Source of the DNA: a virus
IMG/VR virus record: IMGVR_UViG_3300023202_000205
Location: 1-64,000 of that record
Length of the DNA: 64,000 bases
Strand: one strand, 5' to 3'
The notes beneath the pieces are model-generated. The model had not been told where the DNA came from, ran no database searches, and worked only from the letters and a program-made list of their open reading frames with translations. Positions 1 through 8,147 of this stretch are shown piece by piece. Each line of letters begins with the position of its first letter. Position 1 is the stretch's first letter. The translations under genes and the position numbers were made by a program.

Positions 1-99
1 ACGGTGCCTGCCGGCAGCGTGCTGCCTCCGAGGTTGAGCAGTTGGAGCCTCTCTGGCAGCACGGTGCCTGCCGGCAGCGTGCTGCCTCCGAGGTTGAGC
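1..99. repeat. 60-bp-period tandem repeat (coding, 20-aa LRR-like unit)
   Basis: Positions 1-39 are identical to 61-99 (acggtgcctgccggcagcgtgctgcctccgaggttgagc). Confidence 0.9.
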
Positions 100-158
100 C
101 CGTGGAGTTTAGCCCATTCCTTCTCGGTGTAGGATACCCGTTTAATTATTTCTGGCAT
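1..158 (-). CDS. Leucine-rich-repeat-like protein (20-aa repeats), 3' end truncated by the window edge; not in the ORF track
   Basis: ATG at 158-156 preceded by GGAGTGAAA. Translates MPEIIKRVSYTEKEWAKLHGLNLGGSTLPAGTVLPERLQLLNLGGSTLPAGT... and stays open to position 1. The repeat unit matches the 60-bp DNA tandem repeat. Confidence 0.7.
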   Translation of the reverse strand, partial: MPEIIKRVSYTEKEWAKLHGLNLGGSTLPAGTVLPERLQLLNLGGSTLPAGT

Positions 159-220
159 TTTCACTCCTTCCGGTTTGGTAGGTACAATCGGCGTAGGGCC
201 GGATTCACATTCCTTATCCG

Positions 221-269
221 ATCCTCCTTGGGATCACGTGGTTATCGGGAGTATACGTGTTACACCCCC
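221..269 (-). promoter_or_regulatory. Conserved leader/RBS element, copy A
   Basis: The 23-nt core atcctcctt[g/a]ggatcacgtggtt is shared with 1747-1769 (1 mismatch). On the minus strand it reads ...AACCACGTGATCCYAAGGAGGAT and contains the SD AAGGAGG. Confidence 0.6.
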
Positions 270-793
270 TATCTCATGCACTTAGCCTTCACTTCCTCAC
301 ACCGAGCAAGGAAGACTTCTTTGTCCCCGGTATGAAGTGCCTCGTTCAACAACTCGCGAAGCATCAACGCATTTTGATAATAGGTGAACGCTTCCCCATG
401 GGACCCCCACATATTACCTGCTCCGACGAATTTACTGAGGGTATCGATTACGACACCGGGGGTCTTCTCAGCCATATCGGCCCAGTTATTGAGGATCCAG
501 TCGATATCCTTGTACTTATTCTCGCGTTCTTCTTTCTCTTTCTTCCACTGATCTATCAGCTCCTGGCCTCCGTGCTTGACGTAGGTCATCAACGATTCCT
601 GGTACCAAGAGCATTCCGATCCCCTCCGCAATAGGAGGGTATATTTGGGTTCGTCACTTTCTACACCGAATTGATCATAGTAGCTTCCGATGACGATTGC
701 TTCTTCACCGGCGCCGTCGAAGTGTCGCATGTAAGCTGGGAACTCGTCTGCGAGCCTCACCACATCTCCTCGGTGGAACTTCTGGGAATGCAT
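269..793 (-). CDS. Hypothetical protein with an SH3-like N-terminus (phage accessory)
   Basis: 174-aa ORF coupled to the MYG1 gene. N-terminal FHRGDVVRL...AIVIGSY...YTLLL...CSWY pattern is typical of small phage beta-barrel proteins. Confidence 0.6.
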   Translation of the reverse strand: MHSQKFHRGDVVRLADEFPAYMRHFDGAGEEAIVIGSYYDQFGVESDEPKYTLLLRRGSECSWYQESLMTYVKHGGQELIDQWKKEKEERENKYKDIDWILNNWADMAEKTPGVVIDTLSKFVGAGNMWGSHGEAFTYYQNALMLRELLNEALHTGDKEVFLARCEEVKAKCMR

Positions 794-805
794 TAGATAC
801 CCCCG

Positions 806-1741
806 TTATTCTTCTAACGCCATCTGAGCGAGGGCAACAGCTCCACTGAGAGTGGTGTGTCCGGCCAGGAACCGATTGGGGTGGCAAAAGATACCACCCG
901 TAATACCAGTCACTTTGTCGAGCTCCTCCCCTTGGAGTCCCGCCCAAGGCTCCGGAAGCGATTTTCGACCGTTGAACGACCCGGGTTTGCTAGGTACCTC
1001 CTGAACTCGCCAGGTATTTGAGGCATCATCGGGAAAGATAACGTAGAGTATCTCGGGGAACTCCCTGGAAATTACGTCCATCGCTGCTGGTTCGTACTGC
1101 GAGAATTGTATGACCCCTTTGAAAAGTGGAGCCGCACCACGGACTCGGATAGCGGACAGCGACTTGCGTGAGACCCCACGGATAACATCCAAGAGGACTG
1201 TGACGGCGAGTTCGACCGCTTTGTCAAAATCCTTCCGATCCCCGACCTCGCGGTTCATTCCAAAGATGATCTGGTTAAACGAGACAGTGGGTACCCTGAC
1301 CGCTCCATGCGTTCCACGAAGAGTTTTGTGCCCTTCCACAGCGCCACAATCGGAGGCGTCGATTGCGGAGACGAATTCTTTGTCCACCGTTTCCGCGATT
1401 TCCTTACAGGCATCGTGGCTCGCTACGGTGGTCAGCTTCTGGATCACCAAATCTCCGAAGTGCCTCCACACGAGCCCAGCTGACGCGTAGGGTATACCAC
1501 CGGGCCTCGGCGCGGGGCCTCCTTCCCGCATGTGGTGGTCGAGCCGCCTCTCGTCAGGAATGTACTTACCCCCGACATCGATCACCCAGGCACCCTTGTC
1601 TTGGTGCTCGTTAATGACTTTCTCGTCTCGTGTACGAATGACCTGCAGGTCCTCCCCGTACACGATCTTGAGTATTGCCACGCCAACGACCTCGTCAGCG
1701 TGGAATATACCGTGGTGAGTTACTACGGTGTGTTCCGTCAT
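806..1741 (-). CDS. myg1: MYG1-family (UPF0160) DHH-type exonuclease
   Basis: Motifs THHGIFHADE, IDVGG, LDHHM, YASAGLVWRHFG, SRKSLPEPWAGL and GIFCHPNRFLAG, with a strong SD (AAGGAGG). Confidence 0.9.
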   Translation of the reverse strand: MTEHTVVTHHGIFHADEVVGVAILKIVYGEDLQVIRTRDEKVINEHQDKGAWVIDVGGKYIPDERRLDHHMREGGPAPRPGGIPYASAGLVWRHFGDLVIQKLTTVASHDACKEIAETVDKEFVSAIDASDCGAVEGHKTLRGTHGAVRVPTVSFNQIIFGMNREVGDRKDFDKAVELAVTVLLDVIRGVSRKSLSAIRVRGAAPLFKGVIQFSQYEPAAMDVISREFPEILYVIFPDDASNTWRVQEVPSKPGSFNGRKSLPEPWAGLQGEELDKVTGITGGIFCHPNRFLAGHTTLSGAVALAQMALEE

Positions 1742-1746
1742 GATGC

Positions 1747-1794
1747 ATCCTCCTTAGGATCACGTGGTTTTATGGAGTGTCTATATAACACCCC
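1747..1794 (-). promoter_or_regulatory. Conserved leader/RBS element, copy B (upstream of MYG1)
   Basis: Near-identical to 221-269. The SD lies in an ATCC-TAAGGA-GGAT hairpin. Confidence 0.6.
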
Positions 1795-2700
1795 TCTCGT
1801 AGCTCTACCCCTGTCCATTCAGGGTGTTACCGACAGCGCATCGGTATCCGCTTCCTACCACGTGGAGGTGGCTACTTGAGGAAGCAAGGGCACCAACAAA
1901 GCGTTGGTGCCCTAGTGCCTAGAACGGCACCATCAAAAACGCAGGCCTGGCCTTCCCGGCTTCTTCTGAATTGTGGGAAAGCCCAGCCACACCATTTACG
2001 TTGGCTTACGGGGTTATACTCTTTTCCATGAGTCGCGGGATTATTTGTCCCACATTTCCATACACGTCCATGGTCCTAACGATAAGTCCGTAAATCGTTC
2101 AAAGCCCCCGACACACGCCGGGGTAGAAGCTCCTTCTGATAAACAGGTTGCATCGTAGCCCATTTGTCCGCTATGGCGTGCGTACCCCTCTATGAATGTC
2201 CCTACCTAGTAGGAACGCCCACAGTAGCGCAGTGGGAAGAGGGTTGAGAGAGCCGAGCAAAAATAGCTCTCAAGGACACGCAAGGCCCTACCTTTATATG
2301 GATTTAATCCAGCGGCTCCACGTAACCGCAAGAGCAGTAGGGAGACGCCACTCTCCTAACTACCCCCGAGACCCTTACGGCCTCTTCCACCGGTAAGGAC
2401 AATCTGCAAGGTTCCGAGAACCCGGTGGGACGCTTCCCTCATTTGCAAGGGACGGGGTGCGACGACCCCTCTCCATAGGTTCGGCGACTGCATGCCGTCG
2501 CCTATCTATAAAGTTGCGCTGCTGGCTTAGGATATCCATGGCTTTCACCACAGGCTCTTTTCAGCTCAGCTTACTCGGTATGGGCGGTTACTTCCGCCCC
2601 CTAGAAATCCTGCCACCTGGGCAGTGTCTATCGGATGCCACAGATCCGTTACCGAGCTGGGTTCCTAGCGCCGTCGCTAGGTACAACCCAGTACCAGCTA
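1786..2700 (-). ncRNA. Candidate large structured non-coding RNA (~0.9 kb), family unidentified
   Basis: No minus-strand ORF of 60 aa or more. There is a continuous series of hairpins and multibranch-closing helices. Several stems need G-U pairs that work only on the minus strand (2536-2554 with a GAAA tetraloop, 2312-2329, 2248-2271). Confidence 0.5.
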
Positions 2701-2820
2701 TATCTAATAGCTAATACTACCTCATTTATATATACGAAATATAGGCCCATTATTAAGCATATACCAGTCCCCCTGGAGGGGGTTAATGCCCCCTAGGGGG
2801 CATCCAGGGGCCCCTTTTAA
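2701..2820. promoter_or_regulatory. AT-rich tract plus nested palindromes between divergent transcription units (promoter and/or origin candidate)
   Basis: AT-rich 2701-2762. Perfect 18-bp palindrome atgccccctagggggcat at 2786-2803, inside the inverted repeat cccctgga (2770-2777)/tccagggg (2803-2810). Confidence 0.45.
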
Positions 2821-2864
2821 AGGATTGTGTTCGCGCAAACACCTTCTCTGACCCCCTACCGGGG

Positions 2865-4160
2865 GTGATCGATCTTGACGACTGTAGCATACCCGCATAT
2901 GGTTTCGCCATGGCGAAGCTGCTCTGTGTAACCCCCTGGCCCGGGTTGAAAACCCATTACGGTCGTGTACCCGCTGGGCTTATCCCCTTGTGGAAAAAGC
3001 ACTTCGAGGAAGTAGCCATTTGGAGTACCTACGGAGGGCCAGAGGATGGGGAGGACCCCACGGGTACCAGCCGTACCTGGCATGAAGACAAACCACTGCT
3101 AGAGCGGCTTACCCAGTTGGGGGACCTCATTCAAAGCGGAGAATGGAGCCACATTTGGATTCTCGGTGACTTGGGCTTCCTGTCAGATCTTGCAGGTCTC
3201 GGCCTGACTCAGTCCAACCTTCCTAATCAGCTCCTTTATGCGTATGCCATAATCGACACTCCTTTTATCGATCAAGAATACGCTAAGCTCGCAGCACATT
3301 ACGATTTCTTCGTATGTCTCTCCGGAATGGCTACGGGTGCCTACGTCGAACTCGTAGCAGGCCTTGGCCCTCAAGCACCAAAGGACCTCTTTAAGGGAGC
3401 CCTTCATTGTAAGACAATCAGGCCAGGGGTCGACAACACCGTCTTTTACCCACTCGATTCCCACAAAAGGGAGTTTGGCAAAGAAGAGCTGCGAGAGGCT
3501 ATCTTCGGAGGTCGTGTAGCCAAGGACGACCTGCTGATCATGGTCTCTGGGCATAAGTCACGAAGAAAGGGTATCCCACAAGCCTGCTCCTTGGTAAGCC
3601 AACTACAACCGCTCATAGGAGATCGGAGAGTAAAACTCTACTTCCATATGGACTGCCGCCCTACCGGGGACCGCCCACTCAATATCCCCATTCTTGCCGA
3701 GGGGTGCGATTTGAACTCCCGCAAAGACGTGCTTTATGCAGACGGTTTCTTCCGTGATGGCAAGCCCACGCTGAGTGACCAGGATCTCAACCAGCTCTAT
3801 AACTCAGTGGATTTGGTGCTCTGTCCGGACATAGCCAATGGGTGGCCTTTCACCGCTTCGGAGGCTATGGCTGCCGGGACTGTTGTAGCTGCCCCTGGCG
3901 ACCACGTCTGGCTCGACCTACTCGACCGACGTGGTATCGAACTGCCCTGCACTGAGTTCGGCTGGGCCCCTTGGTCACGCTCGGAAATGGCCCGCTTCAT
4001 AGATCCCGGCGTATCCGCACAAAAAATCGCGGAAGTAGTTAACGATATCAACCGTTACGAGGAGACTCGGGAAGCGGGAATACGCTGGGCCTTTCTCGAC
4101 CGCACTTCTTCTTGGGACTACTCCGCCGACCAATGGTTAGGGCTCTTTGGTGTTGCATGA
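2865..4160 (+). CDS. Glycosyltransferase, GT-B fold, GT4-like (probable start ATG 2910)
   Basis: N-terminal TPWPGLKTHYGRV. C-terminal HKSRRKG and LNQLYNSVDLVLCP...NGWPFTASEAMAAGTVVAAP, a variant of the GT4 E-x7-E motif. Confidence 0.8.
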   Translation: MIDLDDCSIPAYGFAMAKLLCVTPWPGLKTHYGRVPAGLIPLWKKHFEEVAIWSTYGGPEDGEDPTGTSRTWHEDKPLLERLTQLGDLIQSGEWSHIWILGDLGFLSDLAGLGLTQSNLPNQLLYAYAIIDTPFIDQEYAKLAAHYDFFVCLSGMATGAYVELVAGLGPQAPKDLFKGALHCKTIRPGVDNTVFYPLDSHKREFGKEELREAIFGGRVAKDDLLIMVSGHKSRRKGIPQACSLVSQLQPLIGDRRVKLYFHMDCRPTGDRPLNIPILAEGCDLNSRKDVLYADGFFRDGKPTLSDQDLNQLYNSVDLVLCPDIANGWPFTASEAMAAGTVVAAPGDHVWLDLLDRRGIELPCTEFGWAPWSRSEMARFIDPGVSAQKIAEVVNDINRYEETREAGIRWAFLDRTSSWDYSADQWLGLFGVA

Positions 4161-5755
4161 CAATACCTAACGTCTTTCACTTCCTCTTCCCTACCCAACC
4201 TGTAGGAGATAGGGCTCCCCTTCCTTTTAGCCCTCACCATTATTTCTGCCTGTATTCCTGCCTCGTCACTCAGGGAGCACAGATTATTCTTCACACAGAT
4301 GGGGAGATCTCAGGGGTGTGGTGGGATGCTATCAAAGATGATATCGAAGTACGACATCGAGAATTCAGCCAGACACTTGACTTAACAAGGCTGGAAGTCC
4401 TTATAGAAGAGGGTGGTGTCTACTCGGATATCGACACCATTTTCATCAAGTCACTTGAGCACCTTTTACAAGATGATCGGGTTAAGCTTCAAAAAGAACA
4501 GAACGGGCTGCCAAGTAATAGCTTGATAGCTAGCCCTACGGAGCACCCGTTTCTTCAAGCATGGGTTTTCAGCAACCCTTCTCGACACCTTCCACAAGAG
4601 TTGCAAAACCGATTCTCAGAACAGCTACGCCTCGAGGAGCTGGAAAAGCTAGATAACCCTTCCTGGGATCCCCTTGGGGCACAGTCTCTCTTTACTAATG
4701 ATGTGAGCCTAAACAACAGTTATCTCGTCAATCTCTGCCAACGGGTAAACTGGGAAAAACACCTCAAGCATAATATACGTGACGATATCATTTACGAGTA
4801 CAACTCTACTCTTAATAAAATATTGAGACGCTTCGTACCCAGGCCCTCTTTCGACTTTACAGCTGTCATACCTATTCGGGTAGAACATCAAGATCGGTTG
4901 GAAAACGTACTAGCTGTTACTAGCTACTTGGTCAACCAGCTCTGCGTTAACCACGTTATCGTTGTAGAAGGTGGAGAACGCCCCTCCTTGATGCATCTTT
5001 TGGATAAACGAATACGTTACATCTACGTTCAACAATCAGCAGAGGATGTCTGGAATAAGTCTAAACTGGTCAACTCGGCTATGCCTTGGATCAGCACTAC
5101 AGCGATGGCTATTTGGGACGCGGATGTACTTATCTCCATGATGCAGCTAAGAGCTGCAATGAAGATACTCGAAGACCCAGAACACTCGGCCTGCATCCCC
5201 TGTAGCTCCATGTATCACATTAAGCGCGAATTCCTGAGCGACGCTCAAGTAGGAAGGTTAAACCCTGGTGGGATCCTAGGTAACGAAGATAATATCCTTT
5301 TTACGATGGAGACCTCTACGGCAGCAGGTTTATTTATGCTACGTACAGATGTGTTCAAACACCTGAGAGGATTGAATGAGCAATACTGGGGGTGGGGTTA
5401 TGAAGACGATGACATGCTCGTACGGGTTATTCGGCTTACCAAAGGGCACTTGCTTAAAGTGACTGGGCCTATGTTTCATTTCTCACATCAGCGGACTGAG
5501 AACAGTTGGCCCGTTCAAGAACATGGGGAGCGCTCAGAAGCCCAGCGAGCTCGGGCAACCAAAGGCCCTATAGAGCAGTTAAGACAGTACCTCGGTATTA
5601 CCGAGGAGATAGGGAGCTACTCCAAAGACATCTTTCCAAAGCCCCCCAATGAGGAGGAGCGAGAGTGGATGATAGCGATATATGAAAATGCCGTATCCGG
5701 TAGTCCTACTTACTTTACCCCTCGTTCTGACTTACCCCAGCTAAGGAAGCGTTGA
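4157..5755 (+). CDS. Two-domain glycosyltransferase: GT32-like DxD domain plus GT2/GT7-C-like domain
   Basis: The start overlaps the upstream stop (ATGA, 4157-4160). MTIPNVFHF...EEGGVYSDIDT...SNSLIAS is GT32-like. TAVIPIR...IWDADVL...RGLNEQYWGWGYEDDDM is GT2/GT7C-like. Confidence 0.8.
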   Translation: MTIPNVFHFLFPTQPVGDRAPLPFSPHHYFCLYSCLVTQGAQIILHTDGEISGVWWDAIKDDIEVRHREFSQTLDLTRLEVLIEEGGVYSDIDTIFIKSLEHLLQDDRVKLQKEQNGLPSNSLIASPTEHPFLQAWVFSNPSRHLPQELQNRFSEQLRLEELEKLDNPSWDPLGAQSLFTNDVSLNNSYLVNLCQRVNWEKHLKHNIRDDIIYEYNSTLNKILRRFVPRPSFDFTAVIPIRVEHQDRLENVLAVTSYLVNQLCVNHVIVVEGGERPSLMHLLDKRIRYIYVQQSAEDVWNKSKLVNSAMPWISTTAMAIWDADVLISMMQLRAAMKILEDPEHSACIPCSSMYHIKREFLSDAQVGRLNPGGILGNEDNILFTMETSTAAGLFMLRTDVFKHLRGLNEQYWGWGYEDDDMLVRVIRLTKGHLLKVTGPMFHFSHQRTENSWPVQEHGERSEAQRARATKGPIEQLRQYLGITEEIGSYSKDIFPKPPNEEEREWMIAIYENAVSGSPTYFTPRSDLPQLRKR

Positions 5756-8147
5756 GGTCCCAGGCCATTCGGGCTACTGCCCAATGGCTATCTGTTTCAT
5801 TGATCAGGAAACGGGAATCTCTAAGCCGCGAGGAAAGTTCCATAAAAGAAGGCATGGCTATGATGGGGCTCGCTAAGGACTGTCGTAGCTCACTCTTTTT
5901 GACGAAAACTGCCTCATCTCCATACTCTGGAAAGACATCACCCTGCTCAATACCGTAGAAGACCAACTCTAGTATACGGGTAGCAGCTGTGCTGGATTTA
6001 TACGTGTTGTGTGTGTCCAGGTCGACGGCCGCCGAGGTAAGGCGGGGCCTAGGGCAGTGATCTGACACCTCAGGTAAGGTGACGTCCGCCAGATCCCGGT
6101 AGAAACTCTCACTACCGACATCCAAGCTCCTTGCTCTCAGTACGGCTGGCAGTAGGAGGAAGATACTTCGCAGAGCTCCGTAGTCGATAGCTTCACCAAT
6201 CGAAAGTTGAAGCCAGTCAGGCTGAAGCCGACTCAAACGAGCCGTACGCTTATCTACACTGAGAATAACGTTCTTATACCCATCTGTCTTATTGAAGACC
6301 TCCGCTAGCTGATGATTACTCCACTCGGTGAAAAGCGGCATGGGATCGTTGTAGTGATCATCCAAGTCCTCAATAGTTGGGTTCACCCAGATACGCGCAC
6401 CAAACGCTTGTGCTAGACGATTCACCATATGTGGCTCGTTGGTCAGCATAACACCTATGCCACGCCTATCATGTCTCGTTCTCACCAAATTTCCAAGCAG
6501 GGTCAACAGTACTCGGCAGAAGGAGGTGTTTCTAAAGGAACTCCATTCCATCTGATCGAGCGGCGCGGGGAGCGGTATGCCCGGTCCCTCGACTAAACTC
6601 TTCGTAGCATAGAGGTTGTTCTTATCGACGGTGAAGTTGGGCATGCGTAGCTTGCCATCGTTCCAGCCATACATTTGATCTGCCATAATGGGTGTGGGTA
6701 CATGAAATTGCTGAGCGACTTCAAAGAGCTTCTTGGCCCACACGTTTTCGACGTGGGGGTGATAGCCTGCCTCTAAGAGGACCTTCTGCTGAAGCCACGT
6801 ACCTGGGTTTTTCTTAATGTGAGAAAGCCAGTCCTTGAAAGGAAAGCTATGTCGGTCTCCCCTAGGAGAGCGATAGGTGATTGTCCCAGTGACCGTCGCA
6901 TCGCCAGATCCTTCCTGAGGCCTCACCTGTTCCAAATAAAGCTTGGCAGCACTGATGATCTTTCCTCGAACTACCCAGCCATCCTCAGTGTCGGTAATAG
7001 CCACTCCATTCCAGGAGATCGTCTCGTCCCGGATACTACTGCTGAAGATGCGCTCAAGATGCCGTGCGTCGTCCCCAGATACGTGGGACAATACTTTGGC
7101 TCGATCGTTCGGATCGATTGACCGGCGGCTCAGCTCTGGTCGGGCCTCATCGACTTTCGTGTCCAGTAAGCGATATGCCACACTCTGATGAGCAGGGAGT
7201 GCGTTGATGATCTCCCGTCGAAATTGACCCCAAGAGCCTCTCAAAGGTACTTCTCGTGTCATATCTCCCCGAAAGACCGTATGGGCTACAATACGGGCTC
7301 CCGGCGTATTGAGAGCTCTAAGGTAATGTTGAAGATTGCCTGCAGGACTCCAAAACACGGTCGACCCAGAATTACATGTCTCCAGGTTATCACGGAAACC
7401 ATGTGTGCAGAGGAATGCGGTCGGAATCCGATTACAGGTCTGCGACCAGAATACCATGCGTAGCGCTACAACCGGGTCGTCGACGACGACTGAGAACTCG
7501 GAAGTAAACGACGAGAGTAGAGCAAACCCGGTCCCGATAGCTGGCTCGTGCGATACCGGCAAGTACCGGCACCCCTTCACCGTCAGCAACCAGAAGCCAA
7601 CCAGTTCTATACCATCCCAGCAGGGGATCCCTACGGCTACGTACCTCTTCCACCAGGAAAGCGTCGATTTGGCTGTATCGGGCAGCTCGATGCCCGCTTC
7701 CTCGAAGTCATCCTTTCTCAGGACACATACGTGGGGAAGCAAGGCCCGGATATCTGGGTTGGGTACGTTGATATTTGCCCCATCGAGCACCGCTTTAACA
7801 GATCCTGCCACATTGCGACGTAGACGGTCCGCCCACTCCTCCAAGCAGTCCATAAGCTTCTGCCGTCGCTCGGAATTGGCCAAATAGGCCCTTCTGGAGG
7901 CCCCCTCGTAATCCACGAGAGACAGCTCCCGCAGGTCGTCAAGAGTCTCCTCAACAGAGCGGTCCCGATCTACTGCTAGAAGTTCGATCAGATCACCAAT
8001 AAAATGACACTCATGGCAGTGGACCTGCACGTCGCTCCGGATCTCCAGCTTGCTCCGCCCATTGCACAACGGACAATCAGTAGCCAGTGGGTAACGACGC
8101 CCCTGCTCGATACCCAACAACCTCAAGATATTATGAGGGTCCAACAT
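5715..8147 (-). CDS. Primase-like protein: N-terminal Zn finger, degenerate TOPRIM, DUF927-like C-terminal region
   Basis: CPLC...HCHEC zinc finger, VVVDDPVVALR (TOPRIM-like) and YGWNDGKLRMP (DUF927-like). No intact Walker A was seen. Confidence 0.5.
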   Translation of the reverse strand: MLDPHNILRLLGIEQGRRYPLATDCPLCNGRSKLEIRSDVQVHCHECHFIGDLIELLAVDRDRSVEETLDDLRELSLVDYEGASRRAYLANSERRQKLMDCLEEWADRLRRNVAGSVKAVLDGANINVPNPDIRALLPHVCVLRKDDFEEAGIELPDTAKSTLSWWKRYVAVGIPCWDGIELVGFWLLTVKGCRYLPVSHEPAIGTGFALLSSFTSEFSVVVDDPVVALRMVFWSQTCNRIPTAFLCTHGFRDNLETCNSGSTVFWSPAGNLQHYLRALNTPGARIVAHTVFRGDMTREVPLRGSWGQFRREIINALPAHQSVAYRLLDTKVDEARPELSRRSIDPNDRAKVLSHVSGDDARHLERIFSSSIRDETISWNGVAITDTEDGWVVRGKIISAAKLYLEQVRPQEGSGDATVTGTITYRSPRGDRHSFPFKDWLSHIKKNPGTWLQQKVLLEAGYHPHVENVWAKKLFEVAQQFHVPTPIMADQMYGWNDGKLRMPNFTVDKNNLYATKSLVEGPGIPLPAPLDQMEWSSFRNTSFCRVLLTLLGNLVRTRHDRRGIGVMLTNEPHMVNRLAQAFGARIWVNPTIEDLDDHYNDPMPLFTEWSNHQLAEVFNKTDGYKNVILSVDKRTARLSRLQPDWLQLSIGEAIDYGALRSIFLLLPAVLRARSLDVGSESFYRDLADVTLPEVSDHCPRPRLTSAAVDLDTHNTYKSSTAATRILELVFYGIEQGDVFPEYGDEAVFVKKSELRQSLASPIIAMPSFMELSSRLRDSRFLINETDSHWAVARMAWDLNASLAGVSQNEG

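Noticed and set aside
1-99. CRISPR array
   Set aside because: The inter-repeat segments are similar to each other, the period is a multiple of 3 and codes LRR units, and no cas genes are present.
1786-2700. Group I/II intron, RNase P, tmRNA or tRNA identity for the structured region
   Set aside because: I found no group II domain V, group I P7 pairing in the correct order, RNase P GAGGAAAGUCC, tmRNA termini or T-loop/CCA cloverleaf by eye. The GTGCGAC at 2456 has no matching downstream domains. An Infernal search is still needed.
1973-2714. Three short plus-strand ORFs in the intergenic region
   Set aside because: They have no SD, atypical composition and no operon coupling. Hairpin G-U asymmetry favours a minus-strand RNA instead.
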